DNA from: Candidatus Dadabacteria bacterium
GTDB taxonomy: Bacteria; Desulfobacterota_D; UBA1144; Nemesobacterales; CSP1-2
Length of the DNA: 64,000 nt
NCBI GenBank assembly: GCA_963805855.1
Contig: CAWDVW010000002.1
Location: 416,001-480,000 of the forward strand
Direction: 5' to 3'
Shown: one piece after another, positions 1-8,888 of the stretch
How positions within the stretch are numbered: position 1 is the first letter of the stretch
Layout of the letters: every line of letters begins with the position of its first letter
The notes under the pieces: model-generated
What the model saw: the letters and a program-made list of their open reading frames with translations, nothing else
What the model was told of the DNA's origin: nothing
Database searches by the model: none
Position numbers and translations under genes: made by a program

Positions 1-5
1 GATAA

Positions 6-1136
6 ATGGATCCTAGATCCCTGAAAGTGGAGTTGCAGAGTTACGGCGTTAGAATTCCTGATACCAAAGATATAAGGAGGGGTGGAGCAGGACCTACGGG
101 CGGATTACATCTAAAGATTCTTCCCGACAGTGAAGCGAACATTCCAGTGGTTGGAGGTTTCCTGGATTCCTCGCCCTATTATCTCGACCAGATTAATGGA
201 GAGTACTGGGTGTTTCGAGATGATGTAGCTCTAGCTCAGGTCGAGCTGATGAAGGACGCTAATTTTTATAACCACAAAACGTCAAACGGAATTCCGATGC
301 AGAAAATTGGGCTACTTCACTGCCCGACAACCTTCGCGACTACCCTTCTTCAGACCTGCGACTTCTGGGTAGATGAGCGGAGATGTAAGTTCTGCGGTAT
401 CGAGCTTACACTTAAGGATAGGAGCACAGTTGGTTTCAAGAATGCAAAAAGCCTTGTTGAGACGATTTTGCTTGCCAGGGAACTAGATGGAGTTTCGAAT
501 ATCGTTTTTACCTCGGGAGTTGCTCCGGATGAGGAAAAGGCATTACGAAAGTATGCCGAAATCTGTTCGGAAGTGAAGAGATTCACGGGTCTGCCAATAC
601 AGCTTCAAATTATTCCCCCTGAGGATCTGACCTGGCTTAAAAGACTAAAGGAATCCGGAGTTGACGCCTTGGGGGTTCATATAGAGACATTTGACCCAGA
701 TGTATTTGAAAACGTTACCCCTGGTAAAGCGAGAATTGGAGTTGACAAGTATGTGGAGACATGGAAGGAAGCGGTGAATGTTTTTGGCAGGTGGCAGGTA
801 AGTACATATGTTTTAGTAGGGCTCGGGGAGAGGATAGAAACAATAATCGAAGGAGCGTCATTATGCGCTGATTTGGGAGTGTATCCCTTTATAGTCCCGT
901 TCCGACCAATTGCCGGAACGCCAATGGAGAATGTAAAACCCCCAGAGCCAGAGATTATGAACTACGTTTATACAGAAGTCGCGAAGGTTCTCGCAAAATA
1001 CGATGGGGGGTCAAAGAGCAGCGGTGCGGGCTGTGTGAGCTGCGGAGAGTGCTCTGCACTTCCCGAGTTTGAAAGGGACTTCAAACCTAGCAATGTAAGT
1101 TTTAAAAAATTTATGAAATCAACTAAGGTAAGCTGA
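6..1136 (+). CDS. MSMEG_0568/Sll0785-family radical SAM protein (Nit1C NitD-like)
   Basis: N-terminal RRGGAGP motif, family-type cluster motif LLQTCDFWVDERRCKFCGIE, GVYPFIVPFRPIAGTP, and C-terminal GCVSCGECSAL; near an MSMEG_0565-type glycosyltransferase. Confidence 0.9.
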   Translation: MDPRSLKVELQSYGVRIPDTKDIRRGGAGPTGGLHLKILPDSEANIPVVGGFLDSSPYYLDQINGEYWVFRDDVALAQVELMKDANFYNHKTSNGIPMQKIGLLHCPTTFATTLLQTCDFWVDERRCKFCGIELTLKDRSTVGFKNAKSLVETILLARELDGVSNIVFTSGVAPDEEKALRKYAEICSEVKRFTGLPIQLQIIPPEDLTWLKRLKESGVDALGVHIETFDPDVFENVTPGKARIGVDKYVETWKEAVNVFGRWQVSTYVLVGLGERIETIIEGASLCADLGVYPFIVPFRPIAGTPMENVKPPEPEIMNYVYTEVAKVLAKYDGGSKSSGAGCVSCGECSALPEFERDFKPSNVSFKKFMKSTKVS

Positions 1137-1185
1137 TTTGTTCTGAAGACTTAATCGGCTAGTGAGCACATGGTAATCGAAGATC

Positions 1186-1213
1186 GTAGGGAACGCATAT
1201 ATGCGTTCCCTAC
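1186..1213. repeat. GTAG-type REP-like palindrome
   Basis: GTAGGGAACGCAT-AT-ATGCGTTCCCTAC perfect inverted repeat; related copy at 10366-10417. Confidence 0.8.
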
Positions 1214-1270
1214 TTTTACCTGTTGAGCAAATCAAAGTTGGATTTATGACTTGAGTGAGGTAACTATATA

Positions 1271-2647
1271 ATGGCTCAAAACAAGTTACGTATTATTGTT
1301 GTAGGAGGAGGCGCCGGTGGGATTTCGTCTGCCTCAACCTCCAAGGTTATCGCCCCGGATTCCAAAGTTACTCTATTCACAGAATATGAAGATGTAGCCT
1401 ACAGTCCGTGCGGTATCCCTTTCGTACATGGAAGAGAAATTCCAGATTTCAAAAATCTGTTTCTCCAGACCTCAGAGCACTATGCAGAGGTAGGGATTGA
1501 TCTAAAACTCGAAACTACTGTTACGGGCATAGATGTAAAAGATAGGACTGTCAACGTCGGTTCAGATGTCTTCGAATGGGATAGGCTGATTCTCGCAACC
1601 GGTTTTGAATATGAAAAGCCGGAAATTCCAGGTGTGGGACTCCAAGGGCTTCACTATGTTAAGAACATCCGTAGCGCAATGGAATTTGACAAGGTTCTTG
1701 ATCAGCTAAAGAAGGCCGTTGTAATGTCTGCAACTCCTCTAGGTATTGAAATGACCGGGGCTCTCGCCCAGAGGGGTCTCGAGACTCATCTTGTGGAGGA
1801 GGGTGCATGGATAATGTCTGATGTGGCTGATCCTGATATAGTCGAACCAGTACAGCAGTCTCTCGAAGAGCTCGGTGCAAAACTCCACTTTGGCACTAAG
1901 GTCTTGGAGTTTAAAGGCTCTAATGGAAAGGTAACATCTGTAGTTACAAACAATGGCGACATCGACTGCGATGTTGTAATCGTCGCAACTCATAAGGTGC
2001 CAAACAACAGACTCGCTAAGGCTGCAGGCTTAGACATTGGAGCAAGCGGGGGAATCCTCGTAGATGATCATATGCGCACATCCGTCAAAGATGTCTATGC
2101 AGCAGGAGATTGCATAGAAGTCGTCCATGGCGTAACTGATTTACCAATACAGGGCCTTTCCGGGAGCCACGCCTATTCTCAGGGAAGGGTTGCAGGTGCT
2201 AACGCCGCGGGTGATGACCGGGCTTATGATCCGGTCTACATACCCTGGGGTATGGTAGGAGGGCACGTTCAGTTAGGGGGTGTTTCCCTTGGCGAAACGC
2301 TTCATAAGGCTTTAGGAATTCCTCACTTCGTTGCCTTTGCTCAAGGAATATCCAGAGCCAGATACTATCCGGGAGTTAGCAGAATACGTGTTAAGCTCAT
2401 CGCTGATCCGAAAACACTTCGAGTCATGGGTGCGCAGATGTCGGGCGGCGAGGGAATAAAGGAACGAGCAGACTTCCTCGCATTCACGATCAAACGCGGA
2501 GCCACACTGCATGACTATGCCTGGATGGAAAATGTTTATTCACCCCCGATTGGAGCGCTGATGGAGCCAATAGCGCTCGCAGCCCAAGCGGGACTGGCAG
2601 AATTGGCAAAGAGAAGATACGAAGCCCCCGAATTTGCCGGTACATAG
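1271..2647 (+). CDS. FAD-dependent pyridine nucleotide-disulfide oxidoreductase (CoA-disulfide reductase/NADH oxidase family)
   Basis: VVGGGAGG FAD-binding motif, YSPCGIP single redox Cys, LILATG, YAAGDC, C-terminal YSPP dimerisation motif. Confidence 0.85.
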   Translation: MAQNKLRIIVVGGGAGGISSASTSKVIAPDSKVTLFTEYEDVAYSPCGIPFVHGREIPDFKNLFLQTSEHYAEVGIDLKLETTVTGIDVKDRTVNVGSDVFEWDRLILATGFEYEKPEIPGVGLQGLHYVKNIRSAMEFDKVLDQLKKAVVMSATPLGIEMTGALAQRGLETHLVEEGAWIMSDVADPDIVEPVQQSLEELGAKLHFGTKVLEFKGSNGKVTSVVTNNGDIDCDVVIVATHKVPNNRLAKAAGLDIGASGGILVDDHMRTSVKDVYAAGDCIEVVHGVTDLPIQGLSGSHAYSQGRVAGANAAGDDRAYDPVYIPWGMVGGHVQLGGVSLGETLHKALGIPHFVAFAQGISRARYYPGVSRIRVKLIADPKTLRVMGAQMSGGEGIKERADFLAFTIKRGATLHDYAWMENVYSPPIGALMEPIALAAQAGLAELAKRRYEAPEFAGT

Positions 2648-2662
2648 ACAAGAGGTAACAAA

Positions 2663-2924
2663 ATTGGCAGAAAATAAGTCGTTCAGTCAATGGTTGAGAA
2701 AAAACGCTGAAAAGTACCTGCTGGAGGCAGCGGCTGATGATCTAATAGCCCGCTATCCCAATCTTTGTGCAAAGCCTTACCGCGAAGAAGGGCTTGGTCC
2801 ACTTTTTTGGAGGAAGGTATTCGTTCCACTCTATACCTCTATTCCCTGGAGCGTACGTAAAAAAATTATTCTTCTTACCTCATACCCTGGTGGAAAACGC
2901 CCGCACTGGAAGAGTTTTACTTAA
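2663..2924 (+). CDS. Small hypothetical protein in the Nit1C-like operon
   Basis: ORF 2634-2924; probable TTG start near 2664 after AGAGG; tight operon packing; Trp-rich C-terminus. Confidence 0.6.
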
Positions 2925-2929
2925 TTCCG

Positions 2930-3910
2930 ATGCTATTAATTGCAGAATCCGTAGGTTATAAGGCCAAGAAGGCCCTACAGAATCCCGGCACAAAATCTAA
3001 GATACATAGCGTATTCGATCATGCGTTTTATATAGAAGTTAATGAGAACAAATTGATTAATGTCATAACGACTATATCGTACATGAGTTCAACCTCTGTT
3101 CTGATAAAGAATACAAAAATGAAGAGTTTTAAACTATTGAATATTAAAAAAGGTATGCAAGTTACCTTAGACGATCGTCATATTGTGATCGGAGACAGTC
3201 TTGCAGCTATAAAACTTGATGGCTCCTCCACATATTCAAAACCCCCAGTCCCAAAAAAGGAATCAATAGAAAGTTTAGGTATGATAAGTTTGAATCTCAG
3301 GGTGCTTCGAGATGAAATATATAAATGCAGGAGCAGGGACGGTCTGGTCGATGTGTTAGAAAAGGTGGAAGTCACGGGCCCGCTCAACCTTTTTCTAAAA
3401 CCTCAAGAGATAAACCTTTCAGAGAGAGCAAGGCCTTATATTGAAAGGCTAATGTGGGGCCTCCACTGGGGCAATCCCGAGATGGTATTATCGAATGCGC
3501 AGTTGCTTCTAGGATTAGGCCCGGGACTAACACCTTCATGTGATGACTTTTTAGCAGGTTTGCTAATGAGTTTAAACTTCGCGGGCAAAGCTATCTTAAA
3601 AGATATTAAGCAGGAAACGGAGTTTTATAAGCTGATTTCTAACCAAATCTACAGGTCCGCAAAATCAAAAACAACTATATACAGCCTAAATAATTTAGAA
3701 GGTGCTTGTCATGGTGAAGGACCTAATGCAGCTGTGGATTTAATGCTCAGTCTACTAACAAAGGATGCAAATCAAGTTGCAAAGTGTACTCGTATCGTGC
3801 TGAAGATCGGAGAGACAACGGGCGCCGATATCGCAATTGGAGTTTACTATGGAATACGTTATTTGATTTCGCGATTAGAAGGTATAGAAGGCTATGATGA
3901 GATCGCTTAA
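2930..3910 (+). CDS. DUF2877 family protein (YlbF/YahE; AllH-like)
   Basis: GLGPGLTPSCDDFLAG and C-terminal IGETTGADIAIG motifs. Confidence 0.85.
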   Translation: MLLIAESVGYKAKKALQNPGTKSKIHSVFDHAFYIEVNENKLINVITTISYMSSTSVLIKNTKMKSFKLLNIKKGMQVTLDDRHIVIGDSLAAIKLDGSSTYSKPPVPKKESIESLGMISLNLRVLRDEIYKCRSRDGLVDVLEKVEVTGPLNLFLKPQEINLSERARPYIERLMWGLHWGNPEMVLSNAQLLLGLGPGLTPSCDDFLAGLLMSLNFAGKAILKDIKQETEFYKLISNQIYRSAKSKTTIYSLNNLEGACHGEGPNAAVDLMLSLLTKDANQVAKCTRIVLKIGETTGADIAIGVYYGIRYLISRLEGIEGYDEIA

Positions 3911-5078
3911 GATAGCCTTATTTACATATTCAACTAAGCCGAGAGGAGGCGTCGTACATACGCTCAGATTGGCCGAGGAATTAATCGGTCTAAAACATGA
4001 CGTACATGTTTATACCCTATCCACCGGGAATGGTTTTTATAGAAACGTAGACGTTCCCCATACACTTATCCCCTGCCCGGTGGTGAACTATCCAAGCATC
4101 GATGAAAAGATAGAAAGCTACATCCGAATCTACTACGAATATCTCTCGTCCGTAAGAGATCTTTACGATATCTACCACGCTGAGGATTGTATCTCAGCAA
4201 ATGCACTATTAGAACTGCGCGATAACGGATTTATCAAGTCGTTTGTAAGGACCGTCCATCACCTGGATGATTTCACTTCTAAATCCTTGATTGAATGCCA
4301 GTCGAAAAGTATATTGAAACCGGATTTTGTTATGGTTGTTAGCAGATACTGGGAAAGAGAACTGCGCTCGCTATACTCCTTAAACCCTATACTAACTCAA
4401 AATGGAGTGGATCTCGACAGGTTTTCAAAAGCTAAAGGAGACAAATATTCAAAAGAGTTAGCGAAAAATAGGTTTTCGGTCAATGGTTACAGGGTAATTT
4501 TGAGTATAGGGGGAATCGAACCCCGGAAGAATACGTTAACCACGCTCAGGGCGTTTAACATTGCAAGATCGCATTTTATGAAAAAGGGTGAGCGGGTGAT
4601 ATGGTTAATCGGAGGCGGAGAAACACTCTTTGATTACAGGGCATATCGCGAGGAATTCTTTTCTCAAGTCGAGAGGCTAGGACTCAAAATGGATCAAGAC
4701 ATAAGAGTTCTTGGGAATATACCAGAAGTGAATATGCCATACCTTTACGACGCGGGAGATATATTTGTATTTCCGTCCCTCAAAGAAGGATGGGGACTCG
4801 TGGTGCTTGAGGCCATGGCATCAGGAGTTCCGGTTATCGCTTCCAATATTGAACCGCTGACCGAGTATTTAAAGGATAGTGAGAACGCTGTTCTTATTCC
4901 TCCCATGGACCATGAAGCTCTGGCTCAAAAGATAATAAGTGTTTTGGAAAACGAAGACCTTCGAGAAAAACTGGCAACAAATGGACTGAGAACTGCCAAC
5001 TCCTATAGCTGGAGCAAGACAGCGTTAATGCACTCGGAGTTTTACCACCGAATTTCCAGACCCGTCATACCAGTTTAA
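3894..5078 (+). CDS. MSMEG_0565-family glycosyltransferase (GT4)
   Basis: TYSTKPRGGVVHTLRLAE, HAEDCISANAL, RTVHHLDDF, GGIEPRKN, EGWGLVVLEAMASG. Confidence 0.9.
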   Translation: MMRSLKIALFTYSTKPRGGVVHTLRLAEELIGLKHDVHVYTLSTGNGFYRNVDVPHTLIPCPVVNYPSIDEKIESYIRIYYEYLSSVRDLYDIYHAEDCISANALLELRDNGFIKSFVRTVHHLDDFTSKSLIECQSKSILKPDFVMVVSRYWERELRSLYSLNPILTQNGVDLDRFSKAKGDKYSKELAKNRFSVNGYRVILSIGGIEPRKNTLTTLRAFNIARSHFMKKGERVIWLIGGGETLFDYRAYREEFFSQVERLGLKMDQDIRVLGNIPEVNMPYLYDAGDIFVFPSLKEGWGLVVLEAMASGVPVIASNIEPLTEYLKDSENAVLIPPMDHEALAQKIISVLENEDLREKLATNGLRTANSYSWSKTALMHSEFYHRISRPVIPV

Positions 5079-5237
5079 TCTTCTGGCTAAAATGTGAGGT
5101 AACGAATCTCGCGTGGAACGAGATAAATGGCATCGACTTCTACGGATGGCCTCCATTCTTTATAGCCCGGCCATCAAGAATATCTCGCCGACCGTGTATA
5201 AGACTGCACCTCCATTTAGCGGATGCGCATTAACCAG

Positions 5238-5684
5238 CTAGGAAGCTGCGATCTGCTGCATCGACCAGATTAGCGCGAGTACTTCTGTGACATTGACAGG
5301 CGGTCCGCCGCCGATATCTGCCGCGTGGACCTCAATGGTCTCACCGAATATGTTGTAAACGTGGCGCTCCCCAACCCCGCTCAGGCTGTCGCTGACCAGA
5401 TCTATGGCTCGCTCAGCATCTGAAAAGTCCTCGTGCCAGGAGTTAAATGCAACTAAGTCCCTTGTCGTCACATGCTGAACAATTGCTCGAGCCCTGTATT
5501 TATTTTGATCAACTACCCATTCGATCGTTGAAAATGGCCATAGCTGATACACGGTCACACCCGGTTGAAGATTGTAATTTTTCTTCTCACCGATAACTCC
5601 AACGGAAAACCTCAAACCACCTATCGCAAGCTCGGTGCCTGGGATGATCTTAGGTGGCTTTCGTGCGGGATTCTTTTTTTTCAT
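5238..5684 (-). CDS. Hypothetical protein
   Basis: 148-aa ORF with strong RBS (AAGGAGG) upstream; no family recognised. Confidence 0.55.
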   Translation of the reverse strand: MKKKNPARKPPKIIPGTELAIGGLRFSVGVIGEKKNYNLQPGVTVYQLWPFSTIEWVVDQNKYRARAIVQHVTTRDLVAFNSWHEDFSDAERAIDLVSDSLSGVGERHVYNIFGETIEVHAADIGGGPPVNVTEVLALIWSMQQIAAS

Positions 5685-6037
5685 ATCGACCCTCCTTAAA
5701 GATCGGTGTTGTTCCGATCAATGACGTTGTAAAATATGAACAAATGGTTGCGCATCCACGTTTTAAAGAACACTAATCAATAACTCTTTCAGCAAGCTGC
5801 AGAGAATCTTCGAGTTAACACGCTTAGGACATTCATCATCTATTTCAAGTTTAATCAAACACTAGTTCTCAAGTCAATAGGGAAAGTAAAATAGTGGAAA
5901 ACCCGCTGAAGAAGAATATTCTTATTATATAGAAAGAGCAGTTAGTCAAACAACCTAATTAATATTTACCGTTCAACAGGCTCGCGGCTCGGTGTGAAAG
6001 GATTTATACACTCTTAATATTATAATGTAAGTCCAGA

Positions 6038-6135
6038 CCGTACATCCTGAGTCGAGTCGAAGGATGATATCTAAGAAATTAAATCTGAGAAAATCGCCCT
6101 TCAATCATGTCCTTCAACAGGCTCAGGACGAACGG
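6038..6135. repeat. Inverted pair of CTGAG/CTTCGA-type REP-like elements
   Basis: ccgtacatcctgagtcgagtcgaagga ... tccttcaacaggctcaggacgaacgg are approximate reverse complements. Confidence 0.65.
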
Positions 6136-6311
6136 GTTTTTGACCACGCTCAGTAAGTTTCTTTTTCTTTAAAATAAAGCTACTGATTGACCGGATTCGG
6201 CATCACGGCTAAACTAGAACGAGCATTTAGGTTAGAATTAAGTAAAAATCATGTACTTAACGATTGTTCTTATTGATTGAGGCTAATAAACGAGTTCTAT
6301 GGTGAAACTTC

Positions 6312-6761
6312 ATGGAAGTTCAGGCTGTCTGGAAAAGAAATTATCAGGTCGAGGTAAAGGCAAGGCAATTCAACGTACCCATAGATGAAGCGCCGGAGTT
6401 CAATGGTGAGGACACAGGTATGATGCCGACTGAACTATTCCTCTGCTCGCTAGCTTCTTGCTATTGTCTTTCTCTCGTATATGTTGCTAAAAAAAAACAA
6501 TTGAAGCTTAAGGATATGCGGGTGAATGTAATAGGCAAAAAGGACAAAAAACATTTCACGTTCTCAAGACTGATCGTAGAGGTTGAGAGTTCGTTACCAT
6601 CACGGGATATAGAAGAAATTATCGATCCTGCGATAAAATATTGCTATGTGAGTAATACGGTGTCCAAATCATGTCCGATTGAATACGTAGTTAGTAAGAA
6701 GACAGGGGACAGAATGCAGGAGACAGGAGACAGGAGAAAAAAATCTCTTCGTAACTTGTAA
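6312..6761 (+). CDS. OsmC family protein
   Basis: DEAPEFNGEDTGMMPTELFLCSLASC and KYCYVSNT; C-terminal tail encoded by a heptamer repeat. Confidence 0.85.
   Translation: MEVQAVWKRNYQVEVKARQFNVPIDEAPEFNGEDTGMMPTELFLCSLASCYCLSLVYVAKKKQLKLKDMRVNVIGKKDKKHFTFSRLIVEVESSLPSRDIEEIIDPAIKYCYVSNTVSKSCPIEYVVSKKTGDRMQETGDRRKKSLRNL
6701..6735 (+). repeat. Heptamer tandem repeat (GACAGGA-like x5)
   Basis: gacaggg gacagaa tgcagga gacagga gacagga, inside the OsmC 3' end. Confidence 0.6.
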
Positions 6762-6797
6762 CTTGTGTATTCTGAATACTTTTGGAGGAGAAATATC

Positions 6798-7256
6798 TTG
6801 GCGATAAAGTTCAAAATCAAAAAAGGCTATTTTCAAGATGCGCTGCGTTTGATGCGAATTTCCAAGAATATAAGTGACATCGAAGGAGTCGAAAAGGCCG
6901 TTGCAGTAATGGCCACGGAAAAGGCCAAATTTGCGCTGAAAGACGCCGGTCTGATGACCGCAGAAATAAATGAGGCAAGTGGAAGCGATCTGGCGATGGT
7001 CGTCCAGGGTAAATCTGTAGAAATTGCAGAGAAAACGTTAGAAAAGATGGAAGAGATGGTATCCTCGGGTGGTGCTCAGGCCAGGAGGCCGTCCTCATCT
7101 AATATACTTAACGATGAGATTCAAGCCATAAATATCGGACTTGAGACCTTTAAGGACGCATTAGAAGCTCAGGGGGTAAAGGTAAAGCACGTCGACTGGC
7201 AAGTCCCCGCAAAGGGAGACGTGAAATTAATAAACATTCTGAAGAAGTTATATTAA
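6798..7256 (+). CDS. Mini-FdrA (N- and C-terminal FdrA segments only)
   Basis: TTG start after GGAGG; YFQDALRLMRIS..GVEKAVAVMATE resembles the FdrA N-terminus and INIGLETFKDALEAQGVKVKHVDWQVPAKGD the FdrA C-terminus. Confidence 0.7.
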   Translation: MAIKFKIKKGYFQDALRLMRISKNISDIEGVEKAVAVMATEKAKFALKDAGLMTAEINEASGSDLAMVVQGKSVEIAEKTLEKMEEMVSSGGAQARRPSSSNILNDEIQAINIGLETFKDALEAQGVKVKHVDWQVPAKGDVKLINILKKLY

Positions 7257-7283
7257 TTTTTGAACCACGACGAGAAAATACTA

Positions 7284-7315
7284 AGAATTCAGAAGGCAGA
7301 AGTCAGAATTCAGAA
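7284..7315 (+). repeat. Heptamer tandem repeat (AGAANNC x4)
   Basis: agaattc agaaggc agaagtc agaattc agaa; inverted partial copy (ttctgacttc) follows. Confidence 0.6.
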
Positions 7316-7387
7316 GAAAAAATTTTGGCACATGGATTCTGACTTCCAAATCCTAGTTAAAGCTTTGGCGCCGCTGCGGTATAAATA

Positions 7388-7954
7388 ATGAGCATTAGAA
7401 ATCCTGAGAGATTAAGAGAGGTTCTGTCTAACCCTAAGGGGCTTGCACGGGCGTTTAGCCGTCACACCTATGGGATGCTTTCCTGGGTGGATTTGTTCGG
7501 AGCAAAGTTAAAGTCAATAAGAGGGATCGAAATGAAGCTGATCACGTCTAGGATAATTGCCGACAATGCGAAGCACGCGAAGCTCTTTTCCGAAAGAGCC
7601 AGAGAACTGGGCGAGAATCCTGAAAAATATAAGCCGCCTCAAATCGGGCAAAAGATATATGATATCCTCGAATCCTATACCGATCCAATTGACGAATTTG
7701 CTTACGCCTGGGGATCCCTGATACATTTTTCTGCCTTACTAGAGATATATCGCAGCGTCGCAGATCCAAGGAGTCGAGAAATAATTGAGGAGATTCAAAG
7801 GGATGTTAAAGAGCACTTAACCGTACTTGAGAGATATTTTGAAAAAGAATTACTCACACCTGAAAGGCAAAAACGCGCCGAAGAGGTTAAAATGATAGCT
7901 GACAAAATCTACACCGATAGAGAAGATGAGGAGATAATTTGGTATGCAGCATAG
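7388..7954 (+). CDS. Ferritin-like domain protein
   Basis: Helical pattern with paired D/ExxH motifs (ADNAKH, RDVKEH) and RARELG. Confidence 0.65.
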   Translation: MSIRNPERLREVLSNPKGLARAFSRHTYGMLSWVDLFGAKLKSIRGIEMKLITSRIIADNAKHAKLFSERARELGENPEKYKPPQIGQKIYDILESYTDPIDEFAYAWGSLIHFSALLEIYRSVADPRSREIIEEIQRDVKEHLTVLERYFEKELLTPERQKRAEEVKMIADKIYTDREDEEIIWYAA

Positions 7955-8798
7955 GTTGACGCCAACTTTGGAGGAGTTGCTTACAAACCTGCCCTTCTAT
8001 AGTCCAAGGAGATGGTATTTTGACTTGGCTTCTCTTTTTCTAAGGTCAATCGGGACGTGTTCCGAAGGGATAAAACTAGGGTTTAAACATGGTTTCGATT
8101 CAGGAATGATCATGAACTATATTTACAATAATACGCCGACTGGTAGATTCTACGTGGGTAAACTCATAGACAGCATTTTTTTAAATCAGATTACCTGCAA
8201 GGCTTTCAGAGCGACAAAAGATATACAGAAGAATATGATCAAGGATTACATTCAAGAGAGAAATGGCAACTCGACCTTTGTAGTTGATTTGGCATCGGGA
8301 AAGGCCGACTACGTCTACGACGTTCTCCGTGACACTGACGCATCTGTTAAGGTTCTTCTTCGTGACATTGATAAAAGCGCGTTAATGGAAAGCAGAGAAA
8401 TCGCTAAAAATTTTGATTTAGAAAACGTTGTTAGCTATGAACTTGCAAATGCTCTCGACTCTCACAGTCTGAGCAGGATTAGTCCGAAACCCAATCTTGT
8501 AATCGAGGTAGGACTTTATGGAATTATCCACGATGACGAGCAAATAAGATCGCATCTCAAGGACCTTAAAAATATACTTGATCCAGATGCAGTTCTTTTT
8601 AACGTTCAAACGTACAATCCCCAGATCGAACTGATAGCTAGGACGCTTAAGAATCAAGCTGGAGAAAGATGCGTATGGCATCTACGTTCTGCAGGTCTTG
8701 TGATAGATTGGGCAGAGGAGGCCGGATTCAAAGATCCGAATGTCATCATGGATCCATATGGAATTTACGCGGTTGTCATGATGAGAAACGGCAATTAA
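7944..8798 (+). CDS. Class I SAM-dependent methyltransferase (YnbC C-terminal / Methyltransf_20-like)
   Basis: SEGIKLGFKHGFDSG..YIY..G..GKLID, VDLASG motif I, D.YGIY.V end. Confidence 0.8.
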   Translation: MQHRLTPTLEELLTNLPFYSPRRWYFDLASLFLRSIGTCSEGIKLGFKHGFDSGMIMNYIYNNTPTGRFYVGKLIDSIFLNQITCKAFRATKDIQKNMIKDYIQERNGNSTFVVDLASGKADYVYDVLRDTDASVKVLLRDIDKSALMESREIAKNFDLENVVSYELANALDSHSLSRISPKPNLVIEVGLYGIIHDDEQIRSHLKDLKNILDPDAVLFNVQTYNPQIELIARTLKNQAGERCVWHLRSAGLVIDWAEEAGFKDPNVIMDPYGIYAVVMMRNGN

Positions 8799-8810
8799 GA
8801 AGAAATTCCA

Positions 8811-8867
8811 GCCACAGAGTTCACTGAGAAAAAAATATTTAAGTAAATACTCTGTGTCCTCTGTGGC
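8811..8867. repeat. CCACAGAG...CTCTGTGG intergenic palindrome
   Basis: gccacagag ... ctctgtgtcctctgtggc. Confidence 0.55.
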
Positions 8868-8888
8868 TAAAGAATAAAGGAGATCAAG

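Noticed and set aside
7325-7342. sigma54 promoter (TTGGCAC...)
   Set aside because: The -12 element reads TTCT rather than TTGC and overlaps a heptamer inverted repeat
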